Assembly (NCBI RefSeq): GCF_003918875.1
Contig: NW_025765296.1
Span: forward strand, 1 to 64,000
From: Haliotis rubra
Lineage: Eukaryota
Direction: 5' to 3'
DNA: 64,000 nt
This document shows, one piece after another, positions 50,411-63,066 of this stretch (positions within the stretch are counted from its first letter, which is position 1; each line of letters begins with the position of its first letter). The notes beneath the pieces were generated by a model. The model was not told the origin of the DNA, searched no databases, and saw only the letters and a program-made list of their open reading frames with translations. Both the position numbers and the translations under genes were made by a program.

Positions 50411-51720
50411 AAGTACTGTCGGAAATGCTAGAAAAATGCTTTTTGACTTATATTTCAAATTCAGAGGTATTACAGTTACTTAAATAACAAATATCACTTT
50501 AAGAAACATCTACCTAATGTAGACCGAGGGAATAAATTTTGAAACATGCCCTAAAATGCGTTTTTACTGATGAAAATGCCAAAAACTTAGAAAAATAAGC
50601 GGTAGTGGGACGTTATTTGATACAAACATGAACTGTCTGTGTTACGTCATCAGCATGCACGGTATCGACAAGTGAAATTGACACCTGAGCACAAGCTCGG
50701 GCGAGGGGTCATCTCAATAGATGTTTTCTTCAAAATGTTGAATATGTGTACGTATAGTATACGTATTGGTTATGTAAGGGATCATTTGTGTATGTGTGTT
50801 TGTTGTGAAAAAAAACATTCGAATTACTGTACATTGGAAAGAATCCTATCACTTGTGTTATCTTATCGATTGATTGTAGAAATGTGCAACGTTTTAATAA
50901 ATGTTTTGCATGTCAACAGTATATGTCATTGCAAAAATATGGATGTAATTCGGTCAGTTTAATCTAGTTGTGAACAGTGGCCAAAGATTTCACGAAGTCA
51001 CTGGTGTAGCTTCTTTAGAATATATATATTCTTCATCTCCTAAAGTTTGTAGACCGCCCGTCTAAGTACTCCCTTGTCACAGTTGTCAAGGATGGTTTTA
51101 CGTCCCGGTTTTGCTTTTGAGACGGCCCCTGTCTTGTCTGATTTGTTTACAATATTGTAAACTTGTTGGTAAGACATACCAACAGCTCTACAAGTTCTGT
51201 AATGAACCATTTCTATACTAATGAAAGGTTTTCCTCTGTCTTTTTTCAAGCACAAACACTTATAAACCTTTGCAACAATCGTCTGCAAATAGTTGGCCAT
51301 AGTGGACTCTGTGATAAAGATGTGCATGCATGACGGGAAACTTATTTATCAAGACTTAACATTTATATTAATATTTCTTCAATAAAGAAACAATAATTTA
51401 GTAAAGTAACACAGACATTCAACATTTATTTGTTTAAGAAAAACGTTAATTTATATTTTTACACCACCTGTATTATTAGCATAAATGTAAAGACTATTTC
51501 AGATTTCTCTTGTTGAACTCCGAAAAAATCTGAAGTTGTTGTTTTGGTACCAAATTCTCTCCTGTAAACTGCCCTTTAAATGCATGGGAATGTTAAATCA
51601 ATTGAAATAAAAATTAGGTACACTATAGGTGAGTTGATATATTGACAACAGAGTACATTTATCACCTTTCTAAAGATATCAAGGCTAAAAAGCATTTTTC
51701 TAGCATTTCCGACAGTACTT
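50411..51720 (-). mobile_element. Non-autonomous IS630/Tc1/mariner-type transposon, TA TSD
   Basis: TIR AAGTACTGTCGGAAATGCTAGAAAAATGCTTTT at both ends; truncated HTH ORF 51040-51300 (RTCRAVGMSYQQVYNIV..PGRKTILDNCDKGVLRRAVY); empty site in the paralog at ~42660. Confidence 0.9.
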
Positions 51721-54266
51721 TAGTTCCCTTTCCCAAGGTTATAGAACCATGTTATAGTTCCCTTTACGCTTGTTTCAGATACATGTATAATGGAATACGA
51801 TCGAATGCATTTAGTACAATAGTTTCGATCAAGAAAACGGTTCGGAATTGACTCGCCCTAGGGTTCGTTTATGTATTCTGATTTTGGCTGGGATACATAT
51901 CTGTAGTACCCGTGCAGACAACGACCATTTCAGCTTCATTTTACCGGACAAATTGATCAAAGTGAAACCCTGAGATCTTGCATGTGGTTGACAGAAAAAG
52001 CAAGCTTCCCCAGTTCTTGTGTAGGCGACTTGACAAAAGTAGAAGCCATTCAAAACAGTACGTTTGGAACTAGGGAATCCAAATCACAGATGGATAAACA
52101 ATTCTCAAAAAAAATCACCAACAGTACACACATCCAGGAATGCCATAAAGGCGGCAAATCCGAGCAGTAAGAAAAACCAGCACATTTGGTCCCTCGCCAA
52201 GGAGGTGAGCTCTTTTATGCTCGTTTCGATACTTACGTTTTTTCCTCAATGTTCAAAATGTGTTTCAGTACTTTGAGCAGGATGCGAAATTATTAATTAT
52301 AATCATACATGGTGTTCTCAAATCTTTTCTCGTTCTGAGTTCTGGCAGGGTATATATGGAATTTGTTTAACGGACGCAGAGAGAAGATGCGCGCCATACA
52401 TAGTCAGGCTTCATAAGATTTCCGTAACGCTCTATTATGGGCAGTTCCAAAATTGTCACTATTCGCAAGACTATTGCCTTGTCACATCAAGTTGAAAGAG
52501 AGAAATATGAATCTATTCAAGCGAATGAAGTTATCGATTGTCAGTGTTATTTGTATATTGCCGATGAGGTCTTGTGCTGATGTAACACTATGTTATCTTA
52601 TGAGAACTGTGTATTCAACATCAGGGTAACACCAAGTACCAACTTTTCAGAAAATTGTACCACCGACTTTCTACTCTTGAAACAAACGATATACATGTAT
52701 CCCCTAAAACATATAGGCAGTATGGACATGTTCACATGAGACCAAGGCACCAATGGTCTGCTTGAGTTATCCTGATTCACACCAATAACGATCCTTGATA
52801 GTCAGCAACATGTACATGTTTTGTTGGTTTATCGAAGTGTTAAAGGCTCTGTAACTGAAGTCCAGGTAAAATCATTACGATTGGCGCTGAAGGTCTTTCT
52901 CGGGCACAGACAAGGGAGGTGGTAATCTACAATCTGGTATCCAGTTTAGGCCAAAGCTTAGACATTGAATGTGTGCTTTGTCTGAAATTTAGGCATTCTC
53001 TGTGTGAAAGTGTAAAACCGCTGTCTTAATCAACACAAAAATAACCCAATTGATTTGATTGATGACGTGGTTTTGGAGGGACTGAATTTCATTTTGAAAA
53101 AATGACAATGTTCTCCCATTTGTAGATAATGATAATGTGCCCTTTGCAAGCCCCCTTTCAATGTTCTCCCATTTGTGACAGAAAGGAATTACTGTCAGTG
53201 CTGATGATTGTAACTGATACAGGTTTGTTTGTTCTTTGATGCAGCAGCTCTGCTGTATTCTAATATGATGACAACCTTCGGAAACAGTAATTAAGTGTGG
53301 AGGACACAATTCAGCATTTGATCATATGCGTAAACATCCACACCCTCCATAGGAAGACAAATAATCAACGAAGTCATCCAGTTACCCAGTTAGATCCAAT
53401 TCTGATAATCACCACTTTTATCTCAATCAGCAACTGTTGTCTGTAAGTTAAACGACTATCATTTTCGAGGAAGCAGTTCAGATATGATCTTTTAACCTAG
53501 AACACGTTATCCGAATGCATTGCAAACTCTATACACTGACAGGCAATTGCTTCCAGTTCATTTATAATGGTAGACGATACATGGTTTTGTAAATGAAGAC
53601 AAGTCAGTCACTAGAGTTAAATTAAACTCTTTAACTCTGTTAGTTGTCACATTTTTTGTTTGCTGGGAATTACTTATATTGTAGCTAAAATATTGGGCTC
53701 ACATATTCTCATCAGGACCCACACCTTTTTTATGGGTCTGGGTCCTTAGGGCCTGTAGCTTTTCAGGGTTAAGGGCAAACACTGCACCCGATCCTGTTAG
53801 TCTTATGGCACGGATGGGTTACTGAAGATCAATTATAACCTGGATATCTTGGTATGACATGGCCAGTGTCGAACCACTGATCTTAAACTCTTTTGGCAAA
53901 CACTGTATCTGCTAGACCATGCAGGGCAGATGTTATTTAGAAGATAAAGCTATTCTGTTTTCAATTGTGCGGTCCTTTATCATTGATTTAAGACCGCAAA
54001 ATGTCATTTACAAAACGAACGCGTTAGTCAGTATTTAAAGCACCGAAATCTTATACATTTGAAACAAATGACATAATGACCAGTTATCGAATACTCGGTA
54101 GTCCTAACATCAAATATTACCAACACAGGAATAGAGCCCTAATTTTGATCATCTCCTACATCATTACAGAAACACAAAACTGAAAGTGTAAGATAACTTT
54201 AATGGTAGTAAATGTAATAAATAATAAAAAATATGTGTATAAAATGCATCAAATAAGTCCATAAGC

Positions 54267-54376
54267 TCAGTAGTCATCATCGCTGCTGTCATCATCACCA
54301 GGATTTTTACCCACTGATCGGGCTCCAAATATGGTTTTCTTTGAAATATCCTGGTCCTCAGGTACATCTATCACAC
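54267..54376 (-). CDS. TXNDC9: Phosducin-like / thioredoxin domain-containing protein 9, exon 6 (last)
   Basis: GVIDVPEDQDISKKTIFGARSVGKNPGDDDSSDDDY*; acidic tail typical of the family. Confidence 0.92.
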
Positions 54377-54858
54377 CTGTAAAAGGAAAATCTAAAATAA
54401 CTGTGTGAATTAACAATTAAAGCACAACATTCATACCACCAATCATTTTTTCACAGGATTCATGTACATTGTACTGACTGCAATATACATTGTAATATAT
54501 TTGAAGTCTCCTTTTCATACAACCAATTTTCTTAGTTTGGGATGTATACAGTATTACAAAGGATTTCCATGTGTCTATTCATATTCTTCTTTGTATAACC
54601 AATAAAATGAGGAAATTTGGTTGGGTTGTTTTCAAACTTAAAGAAGCGGTGAACTGCAAAGTTTGTTTCATTTTCCTAATTTTGGGAAGACTTTGTTAAA
54701 GAACAAAATTTTAGTCTTGTTTACAGATATACCAACATTTGGGGTTTCTTCCCAAATTTTACTTGGTAATTAAAAAATAAAAATATATTGCAAATAAACT
54801 ATTACAAATCAATTTAGGAGAAAACACTTCTGGAGTATGTGTGGTAGAAACTGGTTAC

Positions 54859-54935
54859 CTGACTTTCCCAGACGACTCTCCAAGACTTCAGTCATGAACG
54901 TATCACTGCTGCCAAGCTCTTCAAACCCAATAACC
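54859..54935 (-). CDS. TXNDC9: TXNDC9 exon 5
   Basis: VIGFEELGSSDTFMTEVLESRLGKS; AG/GT, phase 2 to 1. Confidence 0.93.
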
Positions 54936-55085
54936 CTGTAAACAACAGAAAAATATGTGTTGAAAGGCACCTGTGTATATCCATATGTCATACAGACATG
55001 GCCCACTCAACATGTATAGATCTCAAACATAAACAAAATAATACAACTACGGAACTTATCTTTCGGAAAAGAGAAATAACATTCT

Positions 55086-55240
55086 GAGTGAGTTAAGTTT
55101 TATGCTGCTTTTAGAAATTTTCCAGCAATATCACGGCAGGTGATGCCAGCAATGGGATTCCCACATTGTACCCATATGGGGAATCGAACTGAGGTCCTTG
55201 GTGTGATGAGCGAACACTTTAACCACTAGGCTACCCCACT
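55086..55240 (-). mobile_element. tRNA-derived SINE family 1 (copy-B specific)
   Basis: Absent at the paralogous site ~46627. Confidence 0.8.
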
Positions 55241-56542
55241 AAGGTTTGTCAAGACACATGTGTCCATTACTGTGAAAGTTCACATGAAATGATCATATTT
55301 AAAGTGCACACTGTTTCTATCAAATTTCCTCAGATGCCTTCATTATTCATATTTGTTCATATGTACATACCCTGGAAATCAATAGGAAGCTGATAGGAAA
55401 TAGCATTTGTCAAGCACCTGTTCACACTCTAAATCAATGAGTTTCAGGCCGACTTACATTACCAGCAAGAACTAAACTGAATTATATTTTGATCTGATTT
55501 AGTACTGTAACCAGCAAACTTGTCTGTGGTGTTTAGCAGTTTCATGGCTTACCACCACAATTATTTTATCAACATAATCTATGATCGATGATCATACAAT
55601 CACACCATTTTCATGAACATATATGCACACTAGTCAAGTCATATTTTTCAGCACAAAAGTAGCAATTCAATGTATATGACTAAACCACACACACGCACAC
55701 CCACTCCAAACCCCTGGTACTTGGTGGAACATCAAAACCCTTCTCCATCAAACCATTAGATATATGAAAATATGACGTATTTTGATATCAAAAAATGCCC
55801 ATTTGGAAATCTCGACATGAAATTCTGTCAACTATCAAAGAAATTAAATATCATCATCATTAATGCATCTGAATCACCAATCAAACTGCAACAACAGGGT
55901 AAGCATGGGGTTTGAAAAAGGCTTTTACAGATGATTATACTTATAGGAAGGTCTGAAATTTTCATTTTCCTGTGAAAAGACCTTGAAAATATACATGACT
56001 GTTCCATGTTTAACTACACATCAACAGTTTTACAACTATTTGCATGTGAAATACAAACATGCTTGATTATGTCCAAGAAAGTTCAACGATGCCACATGAT
56101 CATAACGAGTAATTAAAACTTTGCAGCTGATTTTGCATACCTCGTTGACATGATGTCTGCTTCAATTAAGAGTGTTCTTACAATGGATATAATTTAAAGA
56201 GTGATGACATTTGCCTTGAATTTGACTAGAAGTGCCTTGAGAAATCCATGGAAAGGCCTTGACTTAGTTCAGGACAAATCTGCCCCAACCCTGGACACAC
56301 ATTTTCCACACCAAATGAAACCAGTTTTTAAACTAGCTACTGAAAGTCATGCTGTTGAGTCTATAAACAGATAATGGCAATTGACACAGACAACCTACAT
56401 TCATCACGATGATCTACATGTAGCTACATGGTTCTATAAGATTACTGTAATGAAAATTAATGATGCTGCAATATGGTAGATCTCTACAATTTGCAGTATT
56501 TTAGTACAAGCAGGATGTGTGTTCCACTTTCTTGCCACTCAC

Positions 56543-56676
56543 CTGTCTACTATGATGCCCTTCTTGAAGCAGTAAACAGCTGGAAGTACTCGGATCTTCA
56601 ACCTTTCCACCAGGAACTTGGCGACATCCACATTCAGCTTAGCAAACTTGGTCTCAAAGTACTTCTTGGCCAGAAC
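56543..56676 (-). CDS. TXNDC9: TXNDC9 exon 4
   Basis: VLAKKYFETKFAKLNVDVAKFLVERLKIRVLPAVYCFKKGIIVDR; AG/GT. Confidence 0.93.
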
Positions 56677-57310
56677 CTGTAAAACAACGCTGATGTTAAA
56701 ATTTCACACACAAGTGATAGATCAAGAATAGGAACTAGCACCTAAATTACTTTGTGTCTAGTAATGCCAGACCAAATATTTTTCTGGTGTAACAGGCTAC
56801 CTTGGTGATGATAAAGATTGAAGGCTATTTCGGGATATCGTCAAACATAAAACAAAGATGTAGTTGAAATAAGAAGCAAAATGGCTTTATGTTACTTTTA
56901 GCTATATTGTAGACACAAGACATGGGCTTCACAACATGAGACCATGTATGGAATTGAACTGGGGCCTTCAGTGTGACTTGCAAATTCTTTAACCCCTTAC
57001 CTGCCACAATGAAATAAGAACATTTCAAACTACATTTAGTTCTATGGATAACTGTCATGCTTATACTAGTGGTCTGTAACAAGCAATGGTATCAATTGAA
57101 CATTTCTTTTCTTACTGTTCGCTCATCCATTACAAAAGAGAACAAAGGATGTATTTTACTAATTACCAGCTCAACACAGATAAAGATTGTCTAGAACAGT
57201 AACACTGATTTTCAGTAATAACTGAAATATGCACATCAAGTTGCCATATAAGCTTGATACATGTTTCAATGTTAAAAATCTAGAATACTTGCTTTAATTG
57301 TTAATCTTAC

Positions 57311-57425
57311 CTCTAAATGTTGGTCAATTATTGCACATCTGCGGAAGTCTGCATGATAGAAGTGGACAACACAACGGTCTACTGTGGTAGTCAGTTCAAG
57401 GAAAGCCTTCTCATCAGTCAGCTCC
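57311..57425 (-). CDS. TXNDC9: TXNDC9 exon 3
   Basis: ELTDEKAFLELTTTVDRCVVHFYHADFRRCAIIDQHLE; signature VVHFY...F.RC.I.D.HL. Confidence 0.93.
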
Positions 57426-57748
57426 CTTTCAAAACAACATTGAGCAAGAAAAATAAGCCATATTTGAAATTACTACACTTAGCACCTTTTTAGCTTCACT
57501 GTTACTGACATATTCTATATTTCATTTACATTTTATATTTCAAAACATAATTAATCTCTTAATTTTGAACACTGCTTCTGGTGTGCAATTTTGAAAAAGT
57601 CAAGCCGTAATCATGATAATGAAATTATGAACCATGACTATGTGGACAGCAACATCTCTGAAACACAACCTTTGAAATAGAACATAGAGATGTTGGGAAA
57701 TTATTGGTTTATAAGAAAATGTCAACACAAATTTAACCACTAACTTAC

Positions 57749-57873
57749 GTAAATGAGCCATGTTGCTTGTCTCTCATCATGGCATAGTCTTGGGATTGTT
57801 TCTTGAAAGCTGCCAGTCGTGCCTCTCTAATATCGGCTGGTATTTCTTCATTTTCAAGCTCATCCCAGAGTTC
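57749..57873 (-). CDS. TXNDC9: TXNDC9 exon 2
   Basis: ELWDELENEEIPADIREARLAAFKKQSQDYAMMRDKQHGSF; AG/GT, phase 0 to 2. Confidence 0.92.
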
Positions 57874-58459
57874 CTGTTAACAAGGTGAACATAATGGTGT
57901 TATCATAATGACCTGACATGTGTAATATTAAAAGTAAATGATTGAATGAACTGGATGGTCAGTACCGGTGACATGGTAAATGACTGCTGAATTAAACAAA
58001 CATCAATAATTATTTGTGGGTTATTGAGAATGTTTGGCATCCAAAGAAAAGAATTCCATCTACATCACCGCTGAATAGGAATGTTTGGGACTCACAGAAA
58101 AGAATTCCATCCAAATCACTGCTGAAGGTGAACTTGTCGTCACATCCGAGACCATGTTATAAACCATGTAAACACCATGCAAGGAAGACAGTCTGTAAGC
58201 TGTCAATTGACAAAGGGCTTGTACACATTCAACATTTTACTTCATTTGCGCACTTTCATACATGCACAGACCAACACCAACCCACATTTCTACTGACAGT
58301 ATTTTGGTGATCATCTTTAAGTTCAAGTGAAAATGTCAAAGTTGAGCACAGAACTTCTCTATATATTAGATACTGTATCTTCACGTAACCTCAAGTCTAA
58401 TATCTAGATAGCTCATAAGATATTTAGTTACTCGTTCAACAGTCACCCAGTCAACTTAC

Positions 58460-58522
58460 CTCTTCGACTAATGTTTTATCGTCGATTATATTCTGTGCCT
58501 GTTGTGCTGTGGTGGCCGCCAT
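58460..58522 (-). CDS. TXNDC9: TXNDC9 exon 1 (start)
   Basis: AAATGGCGGCC start, MAATTAQQAQNIIDDKTLVEE, GTAAGT donor; the six exons total 624 nt = 207 aa plus stop. Confidence 0.9.
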
Positions 58523-58680
58523 TTCTAAACAAACGCGTGTTCAACATGAACTTCCGTCCGGGGAAGTAACTCTATTTTGTATGGTAATCTACGTACCTGT
58601 CGGTTGGCAGGGAAACCGTCCAAATCGCGGACATGAAAGGACATGAATTTCGGAGGAGAACCGATTGGTCCTAATCTTTT
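58513..58680 (-). promoter_or_regulatory. Putative TXNDC9 housekeeping-type promoter
   Basis: CpG-richer; YY1-like AAATGGCGGC over the ATG; ETS-like CGGAAGT ~58549-58556; CCAAT box at ~58664. Confidence 0.45.
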
Positions 58681-59422
58681 AGCATTCGCATAAACGGTTA
58701 CAGATGTACGACATTTCTTACTCATTAAAATACTTCACACGATCACATCAATAATGAAACATACTGAGCATCAAGCGCTGAAGTTGTATGTGGTTCATGT
58801 TGTATTGATATGTGATTTGATTATCAGAATAACTTCCATGTAATGAATATGATATAGGATAATATATAGGATAATGTGTTTTCATGAATGTACAAACGAA
58901 CCATTTAATTTTAAATCAGTATGTCATGGTATTTCGCCAATTGATAAAACAATGTGCTAAATTCATGAAAATATCCCAAATTAATTTGACTCAATAAAAT
59001 CACTGTGATCCAGTTTATTGTGTTACCATACTGTAGTGTATTAAATGGCAGTACTAAGTAATTTGAACCAGACGAAACATTATGATCCCCACCACCTTGG
59101 CAAGAGTGCAGTTTACCAGGTGCAGTTTACTGTGTCTGAGACTCTGCCTATCGCTTCAAGATCTGTCTTCTTTGATCCTTAGTGTATCACGGTCAGGATA
59201 GGTTAACCCAACTCATTAGCACTTGCGCCCCCTTTCAGATCTTGAAAGCACCTCTTTGTAATTGTAGTGACCATAATATTCCCGTCAACATAAGGCACAT
59301 CCCGAGCTGCAAAGCAAGGTACTGAGACTTATTTTGCTCAAATTTACATGAACATCCTCAGCCCAAAGTTAGGTGCCAATGAAGCAGCCAAAAAAATTCC
59401 GAGTTAATCCCTTCAGCAAGCA

Positions 59423-59594
59423 GTGATCACTTGCTTGATAGCTGTGTGAGTACTTAGACCGAAACGTCTCACTCATCACAAAGAATTTGACTGTCCATAG
59501 AACTTGGTGATCACTTGCTTGATAACGGTGTTAGTACCTACACCGAAACGTCTCACTCACTGCAATAAAGAAGTTGACTATCCATAGAACTTGG
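59423..59594 (+). repeat. Two tandem copies of Penelope-like terminal repeat
   Basis: GTGATCACTTGCTTGATA..CCGAAACGTCTCAC..AAAGAAGTTGACTATCCATAG twice. Confidence 0.7.
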
Positions 59595-59928
59595 GTTTTG
59601 TTCAAACAAATATTACTTGATAACAGACCTGTCTGCTCAAGTTTGGAAATGAATGCAAATGACACGAATATAAAATTCAACAGTTTTAATCACGGAAAGA
59701 TGCATCACACAACAGGCTAATGATCAATGAATTAAAGGTACATAATTCACAATGTAGGAAGACAAAATACCCTGAGCACGTAATCATACTTGCAATATGA
59801 CCATGAACTATTAAAAATGGGAAAACAATTCCCCACACCATAAAACATCAAACTGCTATCATCAATGTTACAGGATTTATTTTATTATCTGCAAATTGTA
59901 GTTGACTGCTAGTACCCTGACTTTATCA

Positions 59929-59982
59929 TTAGAATAGCATGGTCTGCAAGGATTTCCGCACGTTGGCCATTTCTTGCTGTTG
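59929..59982 (-). CDS. SYCP3: Synaptonemal complex protein 3, last exon
   Basis: QQQEMANVRKSLQTMLF* is the conserved SYCP3 C-terminus; followed by TGA TAA and an AATAAA at 59886-59881. Confidence 0.95.
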   Translation of the reverse strand, partial: QQQEMANVRKSLQTMLF

Positions 59983-60636
59983 CTGAAAACAGATATGGAA
60001 TATCAATGGCATTTTGTTAGCAGACCTGTTTTAGAAACATACACTCTAGGACTGACATCAGGCAGAGCTTCATAATGGTACAGATTTTTATCATGGGGCA
60101 CAGCAGAAGTCGTCTTCACAAGGCAATTGTGTCCATTAGGTTATAACAAAGTCATGTTTTTGTTCTGATATGGGTTGGAGGACACTTTTGCTTCACTTTT
60201 GAAATAAAAAGCTGGTAGACACACATTGTCCAGATCTTATCCGGGGTAATAATGATCAGATTTTGCGCTTTGAGCAGGATATTTAGCTTGGAAAAGGCGC
60301 GTTATAAATATTCTCATTATTATTATTATCTTAATATTTGTTTGCTATTTGTTATGTTGGTAATTGATCTGGAGCCCTAATGGACAGTATAGCTTTGAAG
60401 AGGAATGTCCAATAAATTCCCAAAATGAAGTGATTGGGCTTTCCAGATGGTTTTGCTATTACAAATAGTTGAAATCAGCATATTTATATCATCTGAACAA
60501 GAATGGTAAAATGTTTACATACCAAAAATACACATGAAAATGTAAAAATACCACAGTCCTGAATATATTGGACCAATATGTTGGACCAAACAGACGTTTT
60601 TGTGTTAACTGAACAGTTTTCAGTATTTGAACTTAC

Positions 60637-60741
60637 AGTGTCCATGAGAAGTTTCTTCTGAAGAAGTGCCATTTCTTTCTTCATTTCACTCTGTACATTG
60701 TTTTGTTGATTGATGTGACACTGCTCCAGCTCTTCTAACCC
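60637..60741 (-). CDS. SYCP3: SYCP3 penultimate exon
   Basis: GLEELEQCHINQQNNVQSEMKKEMALLQKKLLMDT; AG/GT, phase 0. Confidence 0.95.
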
Positions 60742-61563
60742 CTGTTGAATATGTTCTCAAGTTAGAAACATCATTTCACTCACTAGATGTAGACCACATT
60801 AAAGTGTTCTCTACTATGCACCAAATGAAACCAGGATACATTTTTTATACAGATCACACTTGCATGCTTAACACACTAGTATATAAACACTATGAAAGTG
60901 ATACCGGTATGTATGAGAACAAATTATCAGGTACCACAGTACTAAGTGAAACTGAACATGATCTTTTTTCATCTTTGTTTAAGGCTACACAAAACAATAT
61001 TCCAGCTATTTAACAGCAGCTATCAGTTGTATAAAGTCTCAACAAGGCAATCTATTGACTGATATTATGAGTAACAATGGGGTATGATGACACGCTATCA
61101 AAGAAGGCAGCAAATCTAGCTGCAGGGTTCGTAAAGACATCTCTTACAGTTATCACAGGTTCTTGAGGACCAATTCTAACTTGGACTTCCGAAGCAGGGA
61201 CGACTGTATAGTGAACAGACATCATAAGGTTCACTTGCACAACAACAGATGACTGGAAATATTACAACACAAGATATACAGTGCACCATGGTTATAAATC
61301 CACCCTGGATATTATGCCATGTTTTGGCCAGAACAGATTTCCTGCCCTTTTAATACCCTGGTTATAATGCCACCATTTGTCCAGGAGAAAATATGACATT
61401 ATATATGGGTTGGCATTATAACTAGGTTGGACAGTTAGAGGCCTTTCTGAGCATGATGTAATCATAAGGTGATTGAGCTGATGTCTCCTGTAATGTGCCT
61501 TGAATGACTGGATAATCCCAGCATCTAGGGGCTGCAGGGGCTGTAATACATGATGTTATAAAG

Positions 61564-62949
61564 TAGGGCTGTTCAATATTACCGGTAAACTAGTAATATA
61601 TACCAGTACAGTATCTCATGATGTGATCATTGCGATATGGTTCAGATTCTGCAATATATTGGGTCATCCAGAGTTAGCTCCCTTTGTATTATCTGCCTTT
61701 GATTTCCAAAGCCAAAAAAATGTGCTCTAAAAGTGCCAAATATTCTTTTATTCCTGTTGGTTTCATGTAACATTGTACAAATGGGAGTATCTTTATAAGT
61801 GGCTCCAAAAGTGCCAAATATTCTACCAAATGCTTCACGCTTTTACGGTTTGAATGGTTTCATATGTGACATTTTGGAGGAATTAAGTGGCCTCAAATGG
61901 ACCAATTCTTTATTTGAACTTATCAGTAGAGGCTCTGGCTCTGAGTGACCATTTCAAAATTCCCATTATTTTGTTATTTTTGTTTGTTTCATAATAAGAC
62001 ATGTGTTATCAATTTATCATAAAGGTCTAAGTCTTACTAACTGTATAATGACATACTCGTCAAGGATCTTAGTTATTTGAGGTTACATTGGATGTTTAAG
62101 TTCCAGTAGTTCCCCTTAATCTTGTTTTTGTTTCATTTTGCAATAGTTCATGTTAACACATGTTTATATTGGAGTTGAATCTGAATCAATCACTGACATA
62201 CAGTGACAATAATTACAAACGGCATTGAAGTGCATTCTGTTGAAGCACTGACCATGAAACTTATGTTACTATACTTTATCATTATGGTCTCAAACCTTTG
62301 TTGCAATACCTCAATTAAACATTCCACATTAATGTTCTATATAATTTTATTTATCTGTAAACCATTGGCATACAGCCATGCACAATGAGGACTGGGAGCC
62401 TGAAGAAATGGTGTAACAGCAACTAAGAAGATAGTGTCAGCACACAGAGAGCAATTATGAATTTATGTTGTACGCACTTGGGCAGAAACCTTCCATTCAA
62501 TGTATCACAATATATATTGCAATATCTCTTAAATTATTGCAATATATCGCATAGGTGGGTATTGCAGAGAATTTTGCGATGCGAAAGCATGTATTGCAAT
62601 ATATTGCATGAAGTATTTTTAAACAAAAAACTACTTATAATCGAGGTAATGCTTGATTTATAGAGCAAATACACAGCAATATCACTATGCTTGATTAAGC
62701 TTTAATAACAACTTTTATTCATGATTAAAAATAAAAATGTGAATAATATTTGGCACAATTGAAAAAAGGAAATATCCGAAGATTTCCGAGTGTTTCGGAG
62801 TTTTCCGAATGCAAGTCAAAATACCGTTTTTCGATCAGCGTATCGCAATACGTATCGTTTTCATGCCTGAACCGGTAAATACTGGTAAACCGGTTACATT
62901 GCGCAGCCCTAATATCGCAATATGAGAATCAGGGCAATATCCAGCCCTA
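61564..62949. mobile_element. Non-autonomous hAT element in SYCP3 intron
   Basis: TAGGGCTG..CAGCCCTA termini; 8-bp TSD TTATAAAG/TTATAAAA; subterminal GCAATAT repeats; extra nested end at ~62903-62911. Confidence 0.8.
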
Positions 62950-62967
62950 TTATAAAATTGATCTTAC

Positions 62968-63066
62968 TCTTGAGAACTGTTCATGTAACTGCTTCAAAGT
63001 CTTCAGTCTCTGATTCTGCACTATACGTGCTTGCTGGAACAGTTTCTGCTGCTGCTTGAAGAGTGT
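62968..63066 (-). CDS. SYCP3: SYCP3 internal exon (gene continues right of window)
   Basis: [33 protein letters not shown]; Cor1/SYCP3 coiled coil; AG/GT. Confidence 0.95.

Noticed and set aside
54164-54367. Track ORF MYLRTRIFQRKPY.. (and its twin at 45710-45913)
   Set aside because: Wrong-frame reading of TXNDC9 exon 6 and its 3' UTR.
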